35,585 nt of DNA. It comes from a virus. Each line of letters opens with the position of its first letter. Within the stretch, counting starts at the first letter, position 1. Below, in pieces: positions 21,125 through 30,010 of the stretch. The translations under genes and the position numbers were made by a program. Under the pieces are notes generated by a model. The model did no database searches and was not told the DNA's origin. It saw only the letters and a list, made by a program, of their open reading frames with translations. The DNA lies in the IMG/VR virus record IMGVR_UViG_3300012348_000060, positions 1 through 35,585 of that record. One strand, 5' to 3'.

Positions 21125-22077
21125 TGGCTCTAACCCTCGAACAGTTAGATCAGTTCGGGACTTTAGAGCAAGTACCATATTCGTTTGACCACACATGGGA
21201 AGTAGACGAGGTATGTGGTAATTGGCGATTAGAGGATATGGATTCTTTAGGGAATCTAGACCAGCTAAATATATCGTTTGACGATCCAATATGGGACACT
21301 TTATGCGTTAAATTCCCAGGAGCTTCCGTATCTGCAAGCGCAGATGTGGCGGCTGACGGAACTCGCCTAAGAACAGGCGTAGCTGATATTGCTGCAAGTG
21401 CAACAATTGATGCACAAGGAACAAGGATCTCTACAAGTTCAGCAGACATAACTGCTAACGCACAAGTAGAGTCAGAGGCGTACGCAATTAGAACTGCATC
21501 AGGATCAATAGAAGGCTCTGCAAGCGTTGTTGCTGCTGGAGTTAGGGTGGCGGTAGGACAAGGAGAAATAAATGGATCTGCAAGCGTTTTGGCTGGAGCA
21601 ATCGCAATATATGAAGGACAAGGCTTTATCAACTGTGCGGCAAGCGCAGAATCAACTGGCATACGGGTACGGCTTGGCGAAGGCTCAATTACATCAAGCG
21701 GAGAAGTCAGTTCTAGCGCTATTCGACTGCGTACTTCCGAAGCGGAAATAAACGGTTTAGCAACAATAGCCGCTAATGGTGGCGTTGAATATGCTGGAGA
21801 AGGTGCGGTAGTTTGCAATGCTTATGTAGATGCACAAGCTAGAGCAATTTACTCTGCCAATGGTACGATAAATGGTACGACTGCGGTAGTTTGCAATGGC
21901 AATATATTGGGTGATAATTGGTCAGATGAAACTGCTGGATCAGAGTCTTGGACAGGTATTACGCCAAGCACAGATACATGGAATCAAGTACAAAGCGACT
22001 CAACTAATTGGACACCAGTTGCAGCATCATCAGACACTTGGACAGATAACAATATTGGAAGCGAAACATGGCGCTAA
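21124..22077 (+). CDS. repeat-rich virion protein (10 x 20-aa repeats + Trp repeats)
   Basis: ORF track. See the repeat feature at 21316-21915. Confidence 0.6.
   Translation: MALTLEQLDQFGTLEQVPYSFDHTWEVDEVCGNWRLEDMDSLGNLDQLNISFDDPIWDTLCVKFPGASVSASADVAADGTRLRTGVADIAASATIDAQGTRISTSSADITANAQVESEAYAIRTASGSIEGSASVVAAGVRVAVGQGEINGSASVLAGAIAIYEGQGFINCAASAESTGIRVRLGEGSITSSGEVSSSAIRLRTSEAEINGLATIAANGGVEYAGEGAVVCNAYVDAQARAIYSANGTINGTTAVVCNGNILGDNWSDETAGSESWTGITPSTDTWNQVQSDSTNWTPVAASSDTWTDNNIGSETWR
21316..21915 (+). repeat. Ten degenerate tandem 60-nt (20-aa) coding repeats
   Basis: The protein can be stacked by hand as GASVSASADVAADGTRLRT / GVADIAASATIDAQGTRIST / ... / ANGTINGTTAVVCNGNILG, with conserved G at position 1, I/V near position 5 and A/S near positions 9-10. 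Confidence 0.7.
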
Positions 22078-23510
22078 GTCGTATAACCTTTGGGGAGTGG
22101 ACTCCCGATCAGCCAGGTATTACTAATGGCCTAAGAAGGGCAGAAAATGTCTATTCAAAGCTAACTGGGTACGGTGCGCTTCCTACGGTAGTAGATTATT
22201 CTGCCTCAGCATCAGAAAACCTAAACAATGTAGTTGCAGCCAAAACAACACTTGGCGCTACTTTAGTTTTTGCTGGTGGTGATACTAAGTTATTTAAGTT
22301 AGATAGCGGCGATTTATCGCTAGATAATGTATCTAAGTCTGGCGGTTATTCTACTGCCATAGATAATCGTTGGAGATTTACACAGTTTGGCAATGTTGTC
22401 ATTGCGGCCAATGGAACAAATAGATTACAAGGTTTTAATGTAAATAGTTCTACATTATTTGCTGATCTTGCTGCTGACGCTCCAGCATCTAAATATGTAA
22501 CAGTAGTGCGTGATTTTGTAGTTTCCGGCAATGTGCAAACAGATTACCCTAATCGAGTTCAATGGTCTGCTTTAGGCGATGAGTCTAGCTGGACTTCTAG
22601 CGCAACAACACAAGCTGATTTTCAAGACATTCCCGATGGCGGTACGGTTGTTGGTGTAACAGGTGGTGAGTTTGGCTTAGTCTTTATGGATAGAGCCATC
22701 CATCGTATGTCCTATGTTGGTAGCCCGTTAGTTTTTCAGTTTGACAATATCAGCCGTAACTTAGGGTGCTATGAGCAAAACTCTATTATTCAGTATGGTG
22801 GAACTAGCTTTTTCTTAGGCGATGACGGGTTTTACGCTTGTGACGGTCAAAATGTAATCCCGATTGGCGATGAAAAGGTAAATCGTTTCTTTTTTGATAA
22901 TGTAGACGAAGCCACTTTATATCTTATGTCGGCAGCCGTAGACCCTGCCAAAAAGCTCATTATTTGGGCTTATGCTTCCAATAACTCGGCAACTGTAGAT
23001 AGTTTGTTAATTTACAACTTTAAAACCCAAAGATGGACTAGCGGCACAACTACTGTTGATCGTATTGCAAGCACATCTACACCAGCAGTAACATTAGAAG
23101 GATTAGATGTTTACGGCAACTTAGATACCATTATGACTTCATTTGACAGTCGGCTATGGTTAGGCGGCAAACTGCAATTAGCTGGAGTTAATGGAGCTAA
23201 GATCGTTACATTTACTGGGGCTAATGCAACAGCATATTTAGAAACTGGGGATATTGAAGTTCCAGGCTCTACATCTGCAATAACAATGGTTAAGCCTATT
23301 GTGGATGATGGATCTGCAAGCGTTTCTGTTGAGTCCCGTAGATTGTTAAATCAAACTGTAACATTCGGCTCTCAAACTGCTGCTGATGCTGAAAACAGAG
23401 TAAGTATCCGTAGCGTAGGCCGTTATCATCGTCTACAATTAACACCTACAGGCAATTGGACTTCTGCGGTTGGTGCGGACATAGATTTAAATGGCTTAGG
23501 AACTAGATAA
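22068..23510 (+). CDS. tail / virion structural protein (480 aa)
   Basis: ORF track. The call rests on position and size. The N-terminal ITFGEWTPDQPG motif is common in podophage tail proteins. Confidence 0.5.
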   Translation: MALSRITFGEWTPDQPGITNGLRRAENVYSKLTGYGALPTVVDYSASASENLNNVVAAKTTLGATLVFAGGDTKLFKLDSGDLSLDNVSKSGGYSTAIDNRWRFTQFGNVVIAANGTNRLQGFNVNSSTLFADLAADAPASKYVTVVRDFVVSGNVQTDYPNRVQWSALGDESSWTSSATTQADFQDIPDGGTVVGVTGGEFGLVFMDRAIHRMSYVGSPLVFQFDNISRNLGCYEQNSIIQYGGTSFFLGDDGFYACDGQNVIPIGDEKVNRFFFDNVDEATLYLMSAAVDPAKKLIIWAYASNNSATVDSLLIYNFKTQRWTSGTTTVDRIASTSTPAVTLEGLDVYGNLDTIMTSFDSRLWLGGKLQLAGVNGAKIVTFTGANATAYLETGDIEVPGSTSAITMVKPIVDDGSASVSVESRRLLNQTVTFGSQTAADAENRVSIRSVGRYHRLQLTPTGNWTSAVGADIDLNGLGTR

Positions 23511-23815
23511 TGTTTAGACGATTACCTCCTTTTGGTGGAGATCAGCGAGCAGTCGCTGAAATCGTCAATGGCATTATGGATGGTAAAACCAATAATACCG
23601 GCACTATTACGCTTAACTCTAGCAGCACATCTACAACGCTTACTGACGCTAGGATTGGCGCTGAATCGGTCATTATTATGACCCCCATGTCAGAAAATGC
23701 AGCAAAAGAATTTGGCTCTGCTTTTATTTCAGCAAGAACAAATGGATCAGCAACCATAACCCACAAAAACACAGGTCATGCAGACCTAAATTACACATAT
23801 ATTGTCGTAGGATAA
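23510..23815 (+). CDS. hypothetical virion protein (101 aa)
   Basis: ORF track. TAATG overlap. Confidence 0.55.
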   Translation: MFRRLPPFGGDQRAVAEIVNGIMDGKTNNTGTITLNSSSTSTTLTDARIGAESVIIMTPMSENAAKEFGSAFISARTNGSATITHKNTGHADLNYTYIVVG

Positions 23816-23826
23816 AGGAAAATATT

Positions 23827-24897
23827 ATGGCAGGCACAGGAAATATGATTGGCCCAGCAATGTCAGCATTTGGCGGCATACCAACTACATCACCATCCGC
23901 ACCAACAGCGCCAACTCAAGCCCCATATCAGGCTGGACAAACGCCTCGTTTTTTATCTAGCGCACCAATTACACCTGGAGCGCCAGCAGAAAACGCATCT
24001 CAAATTGATGCCTCTATTCGCCCATTCCTTACAGAAGGACTGCGCCAAGCTCAAGAGATTTTCTTGCGCCAACAGCCTAGTTTTTTCCCTGGTCAAACTT
24101 ATGTAGATCCAAGTCAAGCATCCCGTGATGCTTTAGCTGCTCAAGAGCAAATTGCTCGATCTGCATCCCCATCGCTAGGAATTGGTCAAGCCGCATTTAT
24201 GCAGTCGGCTAGTGGGTTAGGTCAAACAGCAGAAGGTGGGTTCTTACAAGGCAATCCTTACCAACAACAAATGATGCAAGCTGCTACACGGCCTTTACAA
24301 CAGGCATTTAGCGAACAAGTGTTGCCAGGCGTAGCTAGTCTTTACTCCAAGTCAGGTCGTTTAGGCTCTGGTTCAATGCAACGAGCTTTAGGTCAGGTAT
24401 CGGAATCATATGGTCGTGCATTGGGTGATGTAACGGCAAATTTAGCTGGTACTCAATTCCAAGCCGAGCGTGGTCTACAACAGCAAGCTCAAATGGGTTT
24501 GGCAAACTTGGCGCAGGCCGCACCTTCTATTTACGGTCAGCAATTCTTACCAGCGCAACAACTTGCACAGGTTGGCGCACAACAAGAAGCTATTGCAGCA
24601 CAACCACTACAAGAGCAAATGACTCGTTACGCATACGAACAGCGTTTGCCATACGAGCAGTTGTCTGGTTATCTGTCATCTGTTTATGGTTCGCCTTTAG
24701 GTAGCTATGGCACACAAGCACAGCAGTTGCCACAAGCCACGAATCGTACTGTAGGTGCATTAGGCGGCGCATTGGCTGGCGGTTTAGGTGGTTATGCTTT
24801 AGGACAGGCTTTCCCAAGCATCGGCAGTTTTGGCGGTGGGTATGCCGCTCCAGCAGCAGGCGCAGCATTAGGCGGATTGCTCGGTTACGGGTTCTAA
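23827..24897 (+). CDS. Q/A/G-rich internal virion (ejection-type) protein with C-terminal glycine zipper
   Basis: ORF track. The C-terminus reads GALGGALAGGLGGYALGQAF ... GAALGGLLGYGF. Confidence 0.5.
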   Translation: MAGTGNMIGPAMSAFGGIPTTSPSAPTAPTQAPYQAGQTPRFLSSAPITPGAPAENASQIDASIRPFLTEGLRQAQEIFLRQQPSFFPGQTYVDPSQASRDALAAQEQIARSASPSLGIGQAAFMQSASGLGQTAEGGFLQGNPYQQQMMQAATRPLQQAFSEQVLPGVASLYSKSGRLGSGSMQRALGQVSESYGRALGDVTANLAGTQFQAERGLQQQAQMGLANLAQAAPSIYGQQFLPAQQLAQVGAQQEAIAAQPLQEQMTRYAYEQRLPYEQLSGYLSSVYGSPLGSYGTQAQQLPQATNRTVGALGGALAGGLGGYALGQAFPSIGSFGGGYAAPAAGAALGGLLGYGF

Positions 24898-25304
24898 TGA
24901 ATGTTTTTCAGTTAAGCCCAAACTATCTTCATCTGCATTGGGTGGAGATAGCAAAGTATTTGCAACCTGCGTTAGATTTAAGCGGTGTAGAGGAGTTTAA
25001 TTTAGAACAAATGAAGGTCTTTATTGCTAATGGGACTTGGGCTTTATTTGTTGTAGAAGAAGATTTAAAAATTTGCGGCGCAGTAGTAGTTAGTTTTGCA
25101 AACTACCCAAATGACTTAATAGCTTATGTAACGGCTATTGGTGGTAAATTTATAAGCAACAAAGAAACATCCGATAAATTTAAATCATTATTAAAAAGCA
25201 TGGGCGCTACTAAAATTCAAGGGGGCGCTAGGGAGTCGGTAGCAAGGCTGTGGAAACGAATTGGATTTACCAATAAACAAATATTAGTGGAATATAAATT
25301 ATGA
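24897..25304 (+). CDS. GNAT-like acetyltransferase fold protein (putative)
   Basis: 135 aa. The C-terminal ...GATKIQGGARESVARLWKRIGF resembles the GNAT ...A..lY.k.GF end. The motif A glycines are not clear. Confidence 0.35.
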   Translation: MNVFQLSPNYLHLHWVEIAKYLQPALDLSGVEEFNLEQMKVFIANGTWALFVVEEDLKICGAVVVSFANYPNDLIAYVTAIGGKFISNKETSDKFKSLLKSMGATKIQGGARESVARLWKRIGFTNKQILVEYKL

Positions 25305-26221
25305 AATTTAATAACCGATTTTGCGCTTTAATGGATATTCCAGACTTGCCTAGCGGTGCATTTGAGCATATTGGCGATAAGAAGATTAAACCTCAAGGCG
25401 GTGGAAACCCAATTTCTGTTGTTACAGACCCTATCTCTAAAGCCATTGGCACAGACGGTAGCGGTGGAGGCGTATTAGGAGCTTTAGCTGATATTGATCC
25501 TGGCCCTGCTATTGGCAGAGGTTTGGCTGATGTTGATAAATTTGTAGGTCGTGAAATACCTGGCGGTTGGAAAACAGTAGGACTTGCTGCCGCAGCCGCA
25601 GCCGCCCCTTATGCCATTGGAGCTATGGGTGCTAGTGCTGGATCTACTGCTGGCGGGTTTGTGGCTGCTGATGCCGCAAGTTTAGCCGCTAGTGGGCTTT
25701 CAGAGGCAGCAATTGCTCAAAATTTAGCTATGGCTGGCGTAGAGTCTTTTGTGGCGGCTGATGCTGCCGCACTTGCTGCAAGCGGTTTATCAGAGGCGGC
25801 AATTGCACAAAACTTAGCTTATGCTTATGGTGCTGATTTAGGCGGGACTGCTTTAGCTACTGCTGCAAGTAGTGGCGCACCTATTACGGATTACTCTACT
25901 GAGGCAATGGTTACTCCAGAAGGCAATGTAATTCCTGCCAATACTTTGCCAAGCGAAGTTGCCGGAATGGATGCTCAAATTGGTGCGGCTGGAAAAGAAG
26001 CAATGGCTAAGTACGGTGGCGGTATGTCTACATTACAAAAGACAATGCTAGGCGCAAATATGGCAAGAGGTTTGCTAGGTAGCGCCATGCCAATGCAGCA
26101 AAACCCATACCAACAACAAGTCGCTAGACAACAAGTGCCAGGCGGTGCAGTAGATTATTCTGGATTATTGGCTCTTTTATCGCCAAGATCAGCGCAACGC
26201 AAAACATCTCTTTTAGGATAA
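25301..26221 (+). CDS. Ala/Gly-rich internal virion protein with an internal 30-aa duplication
   Basis: ORF track. FVAADAASLAASGLSEAAIAQNLA is repeated. Confidence 0.5.
   Translation: MKFNNRFCALMDIPDLPSGAFEHIGDKKIKPQGGGNPISVVTDPISKAIGTDGSGGGVLGALADIDPGPAIGRGLADVDKFVGREIPGGWKTVGLAAAAAAAPYAIGAMGASAGSTAGGFVAADAASLAASGLSEAAIAQNLAMAGVESFVAADAAALAASGLSEAAIAQNLAYAYGADLGGTALATAASSGAPITDYSTEAMVTPEGNVIPANTLPSEVAGMDAQIGAAGKEAMAKYGGGMSTLQKTMLGANMARGLLGSAMPMQQNPYQQQVARQQVPGGAVDYSGLLALLSPRSAQRKTSLLG
25658..25837 (+). repeat. Two tandem 90-nt coding repeats
   Basis: FVAADAASLAASGLSEAAIAQNLAMAGVES is followed by FVAADAAALAASGLSEAAIAQNLAYAYGAD. The DNA copies differ at many synonymous sites. Confidence 0.7.
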
Positions 26222-26225
26222 AAAT

Positions 26226-27377
26226 ATGGATGAGTTTATTAAGTCTTTATTTGGTGGTTCGCCTGATTACTCTAGTGCATTAACCCCAGAACAAAGCCAA
26301 ACAATGCAAAAAAACGCATTAGCTCAAGGCGGCATAGGTGCGTTAATTGCGTTACTAGGAGCATCAGGCAAGCAGCGTGTCCCTGTTAGCACAGGACAGG
26401 CTTTAGCAGGCGCATTAGGCGCAGGCTTTGGCGGCTATCAGTCATCGTTTGACAATACCCTAAAGCAGATGCTAACAGCACAACAGTTGGGCGAGGCAAA
26501 GCAAAAGCAAGAAGCTCGTAAGCGGTATGAAGAAGCTATTGCAGGCGCTACAACACAAAGACCGCAAGCTATTCCAATGTCTACGGATGTGGGATCGCAG
26601 TTAGAAATGCTTTCTCGCCCTGAATTTGGTGGCGCAATGGCAGAGCCAGAAACAATAGGTGCTTTGCGTGGCAATCTGCCTATGGCTAATGTAGTTGATC
26701 CTGCCGCAGCCAATCGTGCAGCATTAGACTTCTTGCGCCAAACTGACCCTGCTAAGTTTATTGAGCTAACTACGCCTAAAGCAGAAGCAGCCCCATCATC
26801 AGTAAAAGAGTATCAGTTTGCTGTAGGTCAAGGATATAAAGGATCGTTCCAAGACTTTCAATTAGAACAAAAAGCTGCCGTTGCGCCAAAAGTTACTGTA
26901 GATATGACTGGTGGTCAAAAAGGTTTTGACAATGAAATGTCCCTTAAAAAGTCTTTTGCGGCAGAGCCAGTATATAAGGCTTATGGAGAGATGCAATCAG
27001 CCTACGGTCAAATTACCGACTCATTAAAATCAAATAGCCCAGCAGGCGATTTGGCGGCAGCAACTAAGTTTATGAAACTTCTTGATCCAGGCTCAGTAGT
27101 TCGTGAGTCAGAATTAGGTATGGCAATGGCTGCGTCAGGAGCATTAGATCGTGCTAGAAACTACGCAGAATTGCGGATTAGCGGCAAAAAACTAACCCCA
27201 GATCAGCGCAAAGACTTTCAGCAGTTGTCAGACAAGCTGTTTAGCACAGCCACTACTGCATATAACGCAAAGCGTGGCGAGTTTGAGCAAATGGGAACTG
27301 CTTATGGTTTAGATGCTAATCGTGCTTTAGGCGCACCAGCTAAACTGCCAAGCAAAAACATTAAGGTGAACTACTAA
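26226..27377 (+). CDS. internal virion / ejection-type protein (383 aa)
   Basis: ORF track. There is a glycine-zipper segment GGIGALIALLGASG ... ALAGALGAGFGGY. Confidence 0.45.
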   Translation: MDEFIKSLFGGSPDYSSALTPEQSQTMQKNALAQGGIGALIALLGASGKQRVPVSTGQALAGALGAGFGGYQSSFDNTLKQMLTAQQLGEAKQKQEARKRYEEAIAGATTQRPQAIPMSTDVGSQLEMLSRPEFGGAMAEPETIGALRGNLPMANVVDPAAANRAALDFLRQTDPAKFIELTTPKAEAAPSSVKEYQFAVGQGYKGSFQDFQLEQKAAVAPKVTVDMTGGQKGFDNEMSLKKSFAAEPVYKAYGEMQSAYGQITDSLKSNSPAGDLAAATKFMKLLDPGSVVRESELGMAMAASGALDRARNYAELRISGKKLTPDQRKDFQQLSDKLFSTATTAYNAKRGEFEQMGTAYGLDANRALGAPAKLPSKNIKVNY

Positions 27378-27378
27378 T

Positions 27379-29268
27379 ATGTCATATTCCATTACTACCG
27401 AAGATGGAATTACGATTGACAACATCCCAGATAATGTTGATCCAAATTCCCAAGAGTTGCGTGATCGAGTTGCTGCATTGCGTTCTACTGGTGTAGAAAA
27501 GCCAACAAAAAAAGAAGAATCTATTGTTGAGAAAATCTCACAAGGCGCAGCATTGGCGGCAAAAGAAATTCCACGGCAATTGGGATTGACGGCTAGGGCT
27601 GGTATTACTGGTGCTGCTGGCTTGCCTATTATGGCTGGAGATGCTTTAAACCAGTTAATCAATATGTTTGGCGGCAACTTGCCTATGGCTAGTAAATCTA
27701 TGCAGACATTACTTACCTCTGCTGGATTGCCTGAGCCTGCTACAAAAGAAGAAAAAGTAACGCAAGATGTAGCCTCTGCTTTATCTGGAGTCGCTGCGCC
27801 TGCCGCTTTAGCGCAAAAAGGGTTACAAGCCGCACAAACTGCTGGCAGAGAAGCTCCAGCGCTTGCTCGTTTCTTTGCTGAGAATGTACCTTTACAAGCT
27901 GCGGCTGCTGGCGGTGGTGCTTTAGCATCTGCTGCTGGTCGTGAATTTGCCGATGTTGGCGGTATGGGTCAGGCTGGTTTAGCGGTGCTTGGCGGTATGG
28001 TAGCTCCTAGCGGAATGGCTGGAAGCGCACAAGTATTAAGCAGAGCCGGAAAAGAAGTGGTACGGCCATTTACCGCAGGCGGCAGAGAGGCTATTGTTGG
28101 CAAGGTTTTAGAGCAATTAGCCAATAAGCCACAAGGACTAGCCCAGCGCTTAGAGGAGTTCCAAGCGCCAATAGCAGGATATACACCTACTACTGCACAG
28201 GCAAGCAGAGATGTGGGCCTTATCTCTGCTGAAACCGCTATTCGTGGAATGGACACTACAGGTCAATTTGCAGCACAAGCATCGCAGGCAAATAAAGCTC
28301 GTATGACGATCCTTGACCGCATGGCTAAGGATCAAGATGCTGTAACGCAAGCTATTTTAAAGCGTGATGAGGTTACTGCCCCAATGCGTGAGGCTGCTTT
28401 TGCAGCATCTACACAAACTCCAGAGCAGATCCAGTCTGCAATATCTTTAGTAGTTAATAAGAATATTGATGATATTTTGGCGTCTGACGCAGGAAAGCGG
28501 TCTACCGTTCAAAATGCAATGAAATTTGCAAGGGATTCTGTAAATCGTGCTGATACTGTCGGCTCTTTGTACGAGGTTCGCAAAGACTTACGAGCAGCCG
28601 CACAAGGGCTTTTAGACAGAGAAGGCTCGGCATTTAGCCAAGCAAAAGGACAACTAGAGAATGTCATTCGCTCTGTAGATGATGTTATTGACTCCTCTGC
28701 GCCTGGCTACAAAGATTATTTAAGAAAATACTCTCAAGCAAGTAAGGGTATTGAGCGTTTAGGTGAGGCACAGACCTTTAGGTCTAAGGTCTTATCCACA
28801 ACGCCTGACCCAATCAATGTTGGCGATTTTATGATTTCCCAGCCATCCTTTGCTAGAGCCATTCGTGCAACTGCAAAAGATACCCAGCTATCGGAAATGC
28901 AAGTTCGAGTATTAGAAAAAGTAGGCCGTGATCTAGACACAGGTGTTTTAAACCGTTCCGGCAAAGTGCCAGGTTCAGATACATTTAAAAACCTATCTAC
29001 AGCCAATGTTATTGGTGGCATTATTGGCAAGCAGATGTTTGGTGAAGTGCCTCCAATTGTTAATAAAACCATTGCACCTTTAAACTGGCTATATAACGGC
29101 ACAGACGATCAAATTAGGGAATTGTTGGTGCAGTCTATGTTAGACCCTAAGTTAGCATCAAGATTACTTACAAAAGCATCTACGACTACCGTAGAGCCAT
29201 TAAGTAAAGAATTGCAAAAGAAGGCGCTAAGTATTGGATATGGCGCTGCTTTTGGCTTATCAGAATAA
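27379..29268 (+). CDS. large internal virion / ejection-type protein (629 aa)
   Basis: ORF track. It has Ala/Gly-rich hydrophobic segments in the N-terminal third and a helical remainder. Confidence 0.45.
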   Translation: MSYSITTEDGITIDNIPDNVDPNSQELRDRVAALRSTGVEKPTKKEESIVEKISQGAALAAKEIPRQLGLTARAGITGAAGLPIMAGDALNQLINMFGGNLPMASKSMQTLLTSAGLPEPATKEEKVTQDVASALSGVAAPAALAQKGLQAAQTAGREAPALARFFAENVPLQAAAAGGGALASAAGREFADVGGMGQAGLAVLGGMVAPSGMAGSAQVLSRAGKEVVRPFTAGGREAIVGKVLEQLANKPQGLAQRLEEFQAPIAGYTPTTAQASRDVGLISAETAIRGMDTTGQFAAQASQANKARMTILDRMAKDQDAVTQAILKRDEVTAPMREAAFAASTQTPEQIQSAISLVVNKNIDDILASDAGKRSTVQNAMKFARDSVNRADTVGSLYEVRKDLRAAAQGLLDREGSAFSQAKGQLENVIRSVDDVIDSSAPGYKDYLRKYSQASKGIERLGEAQTFRSKVLSTTPDPINVGDFMISQPSFARAIRATAKDTQLSEMQVRVLEKVGRDLDTGVLNRSGKVPGSDTFKNLSTANVIGGIIGKQMFGEVPPIVNKTIAPLNWLYNGTDDQIRELLVQSMLDPKLASRLLTKASTTTVEPLSKELQKKALSIGYGAAFGLSE

Positions 29269-29296
29269 CATAATATAGTTATAATTAAGGAAAATC

Positions 29297-30010
29297 ATGG
29301 CCTATACAAAATACTCCCTTACCCCAGCAGACAATAACGCTGCTCCCCCAAATGGCGCTCCAGAGGGGATGCTTCCGTCTGCGGTAAACGATACGATGAG
29401 GGATATGATGTCCCAAATTCGTGATGCTGGCGATGGAATTAGAAACGGCACATATACCATGACTGCTCCTGTTATCACAGGTGGCTCTATTACTGGAATT
29501 ACTTACTCAAGCATTGTAATTACTGGCGGCTCTATTACTGGCATTACAGACTTAGCTGTAGCCGATGGCGGCACAGGCGCTTCTAACGCAAGTGGAGCAA
29601 GAACTAACTTAGGCCTTGTTATTGGCACAGATGTCCAGGCTTATGACGCTGATACTGCCAAGACCGATGTAGTTCAATCGTTTAGCGTAGCCCAGCGTGG
29701 GACTATTACTGCCTTGACCGATGGTTCTACAATTACGCCTAACATGAATAACGCTAACAATTTTTCTGTGACTTTAGGTGGTAATCGTACCCTAGCTAAT
29801 CCAACCAACTTAACTGCTGGTCAGTCTGGTGTCATCGTTATTACGCAAGACGGTACAGGCTCACGCACATTGGCTTACGGTTCTAACTTTAAGTTTCCCG
29901 GCGGTACTGCTCCAACTCTAACAACGACTGCTAATGCGGTGGATGTCTTAGCCTACTATGTAGAATCTTCTAGTCGTATTACTGCTCGCCTTGTTGCGGA
30001 TGTCAAATAA
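29297..30010 (+). CDS. tail fibre protein (N-terminal anchor type)
   Basis: [28 protein letters not shown] and [19 protein letters not shown] are classic tail-fibre motifs. There is also an [10 protein letters not shown] duplication. Confidence 0.65.
   Translation: MAYTKYSLTPADNNAAPPNGAPEGMLPSAVNDTMRDMMSQIRDAGDGIRNGTYTMTAPVITGGSITGITYSSIVITGGSITGITDLAVADGGTGASNASGARTNLGLVIGTDVQAYDADTAKTDVVQSFSVAQRGTITALTDGSTITPNMNNANNFSVTLGGNRTLANPTNLTAGQSGVIVITQDGTGSRTLAYGSNFKFPGGTAPTLTTTANAVDVLAYYVESSSRITARLVADVK

Noticed and set aside
21150-21818. 222-codon antisense ORF inside the repeat-protein gene
   Set aside because: It lies entirely within the Ala/Ser/Gly-rich 60-nt repeat region, whose codon bias keeps the opposite strand free of stops. 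It has no ribosome site, its product is low-complexity, and the sense gene is translationally coupled to its neighbours.
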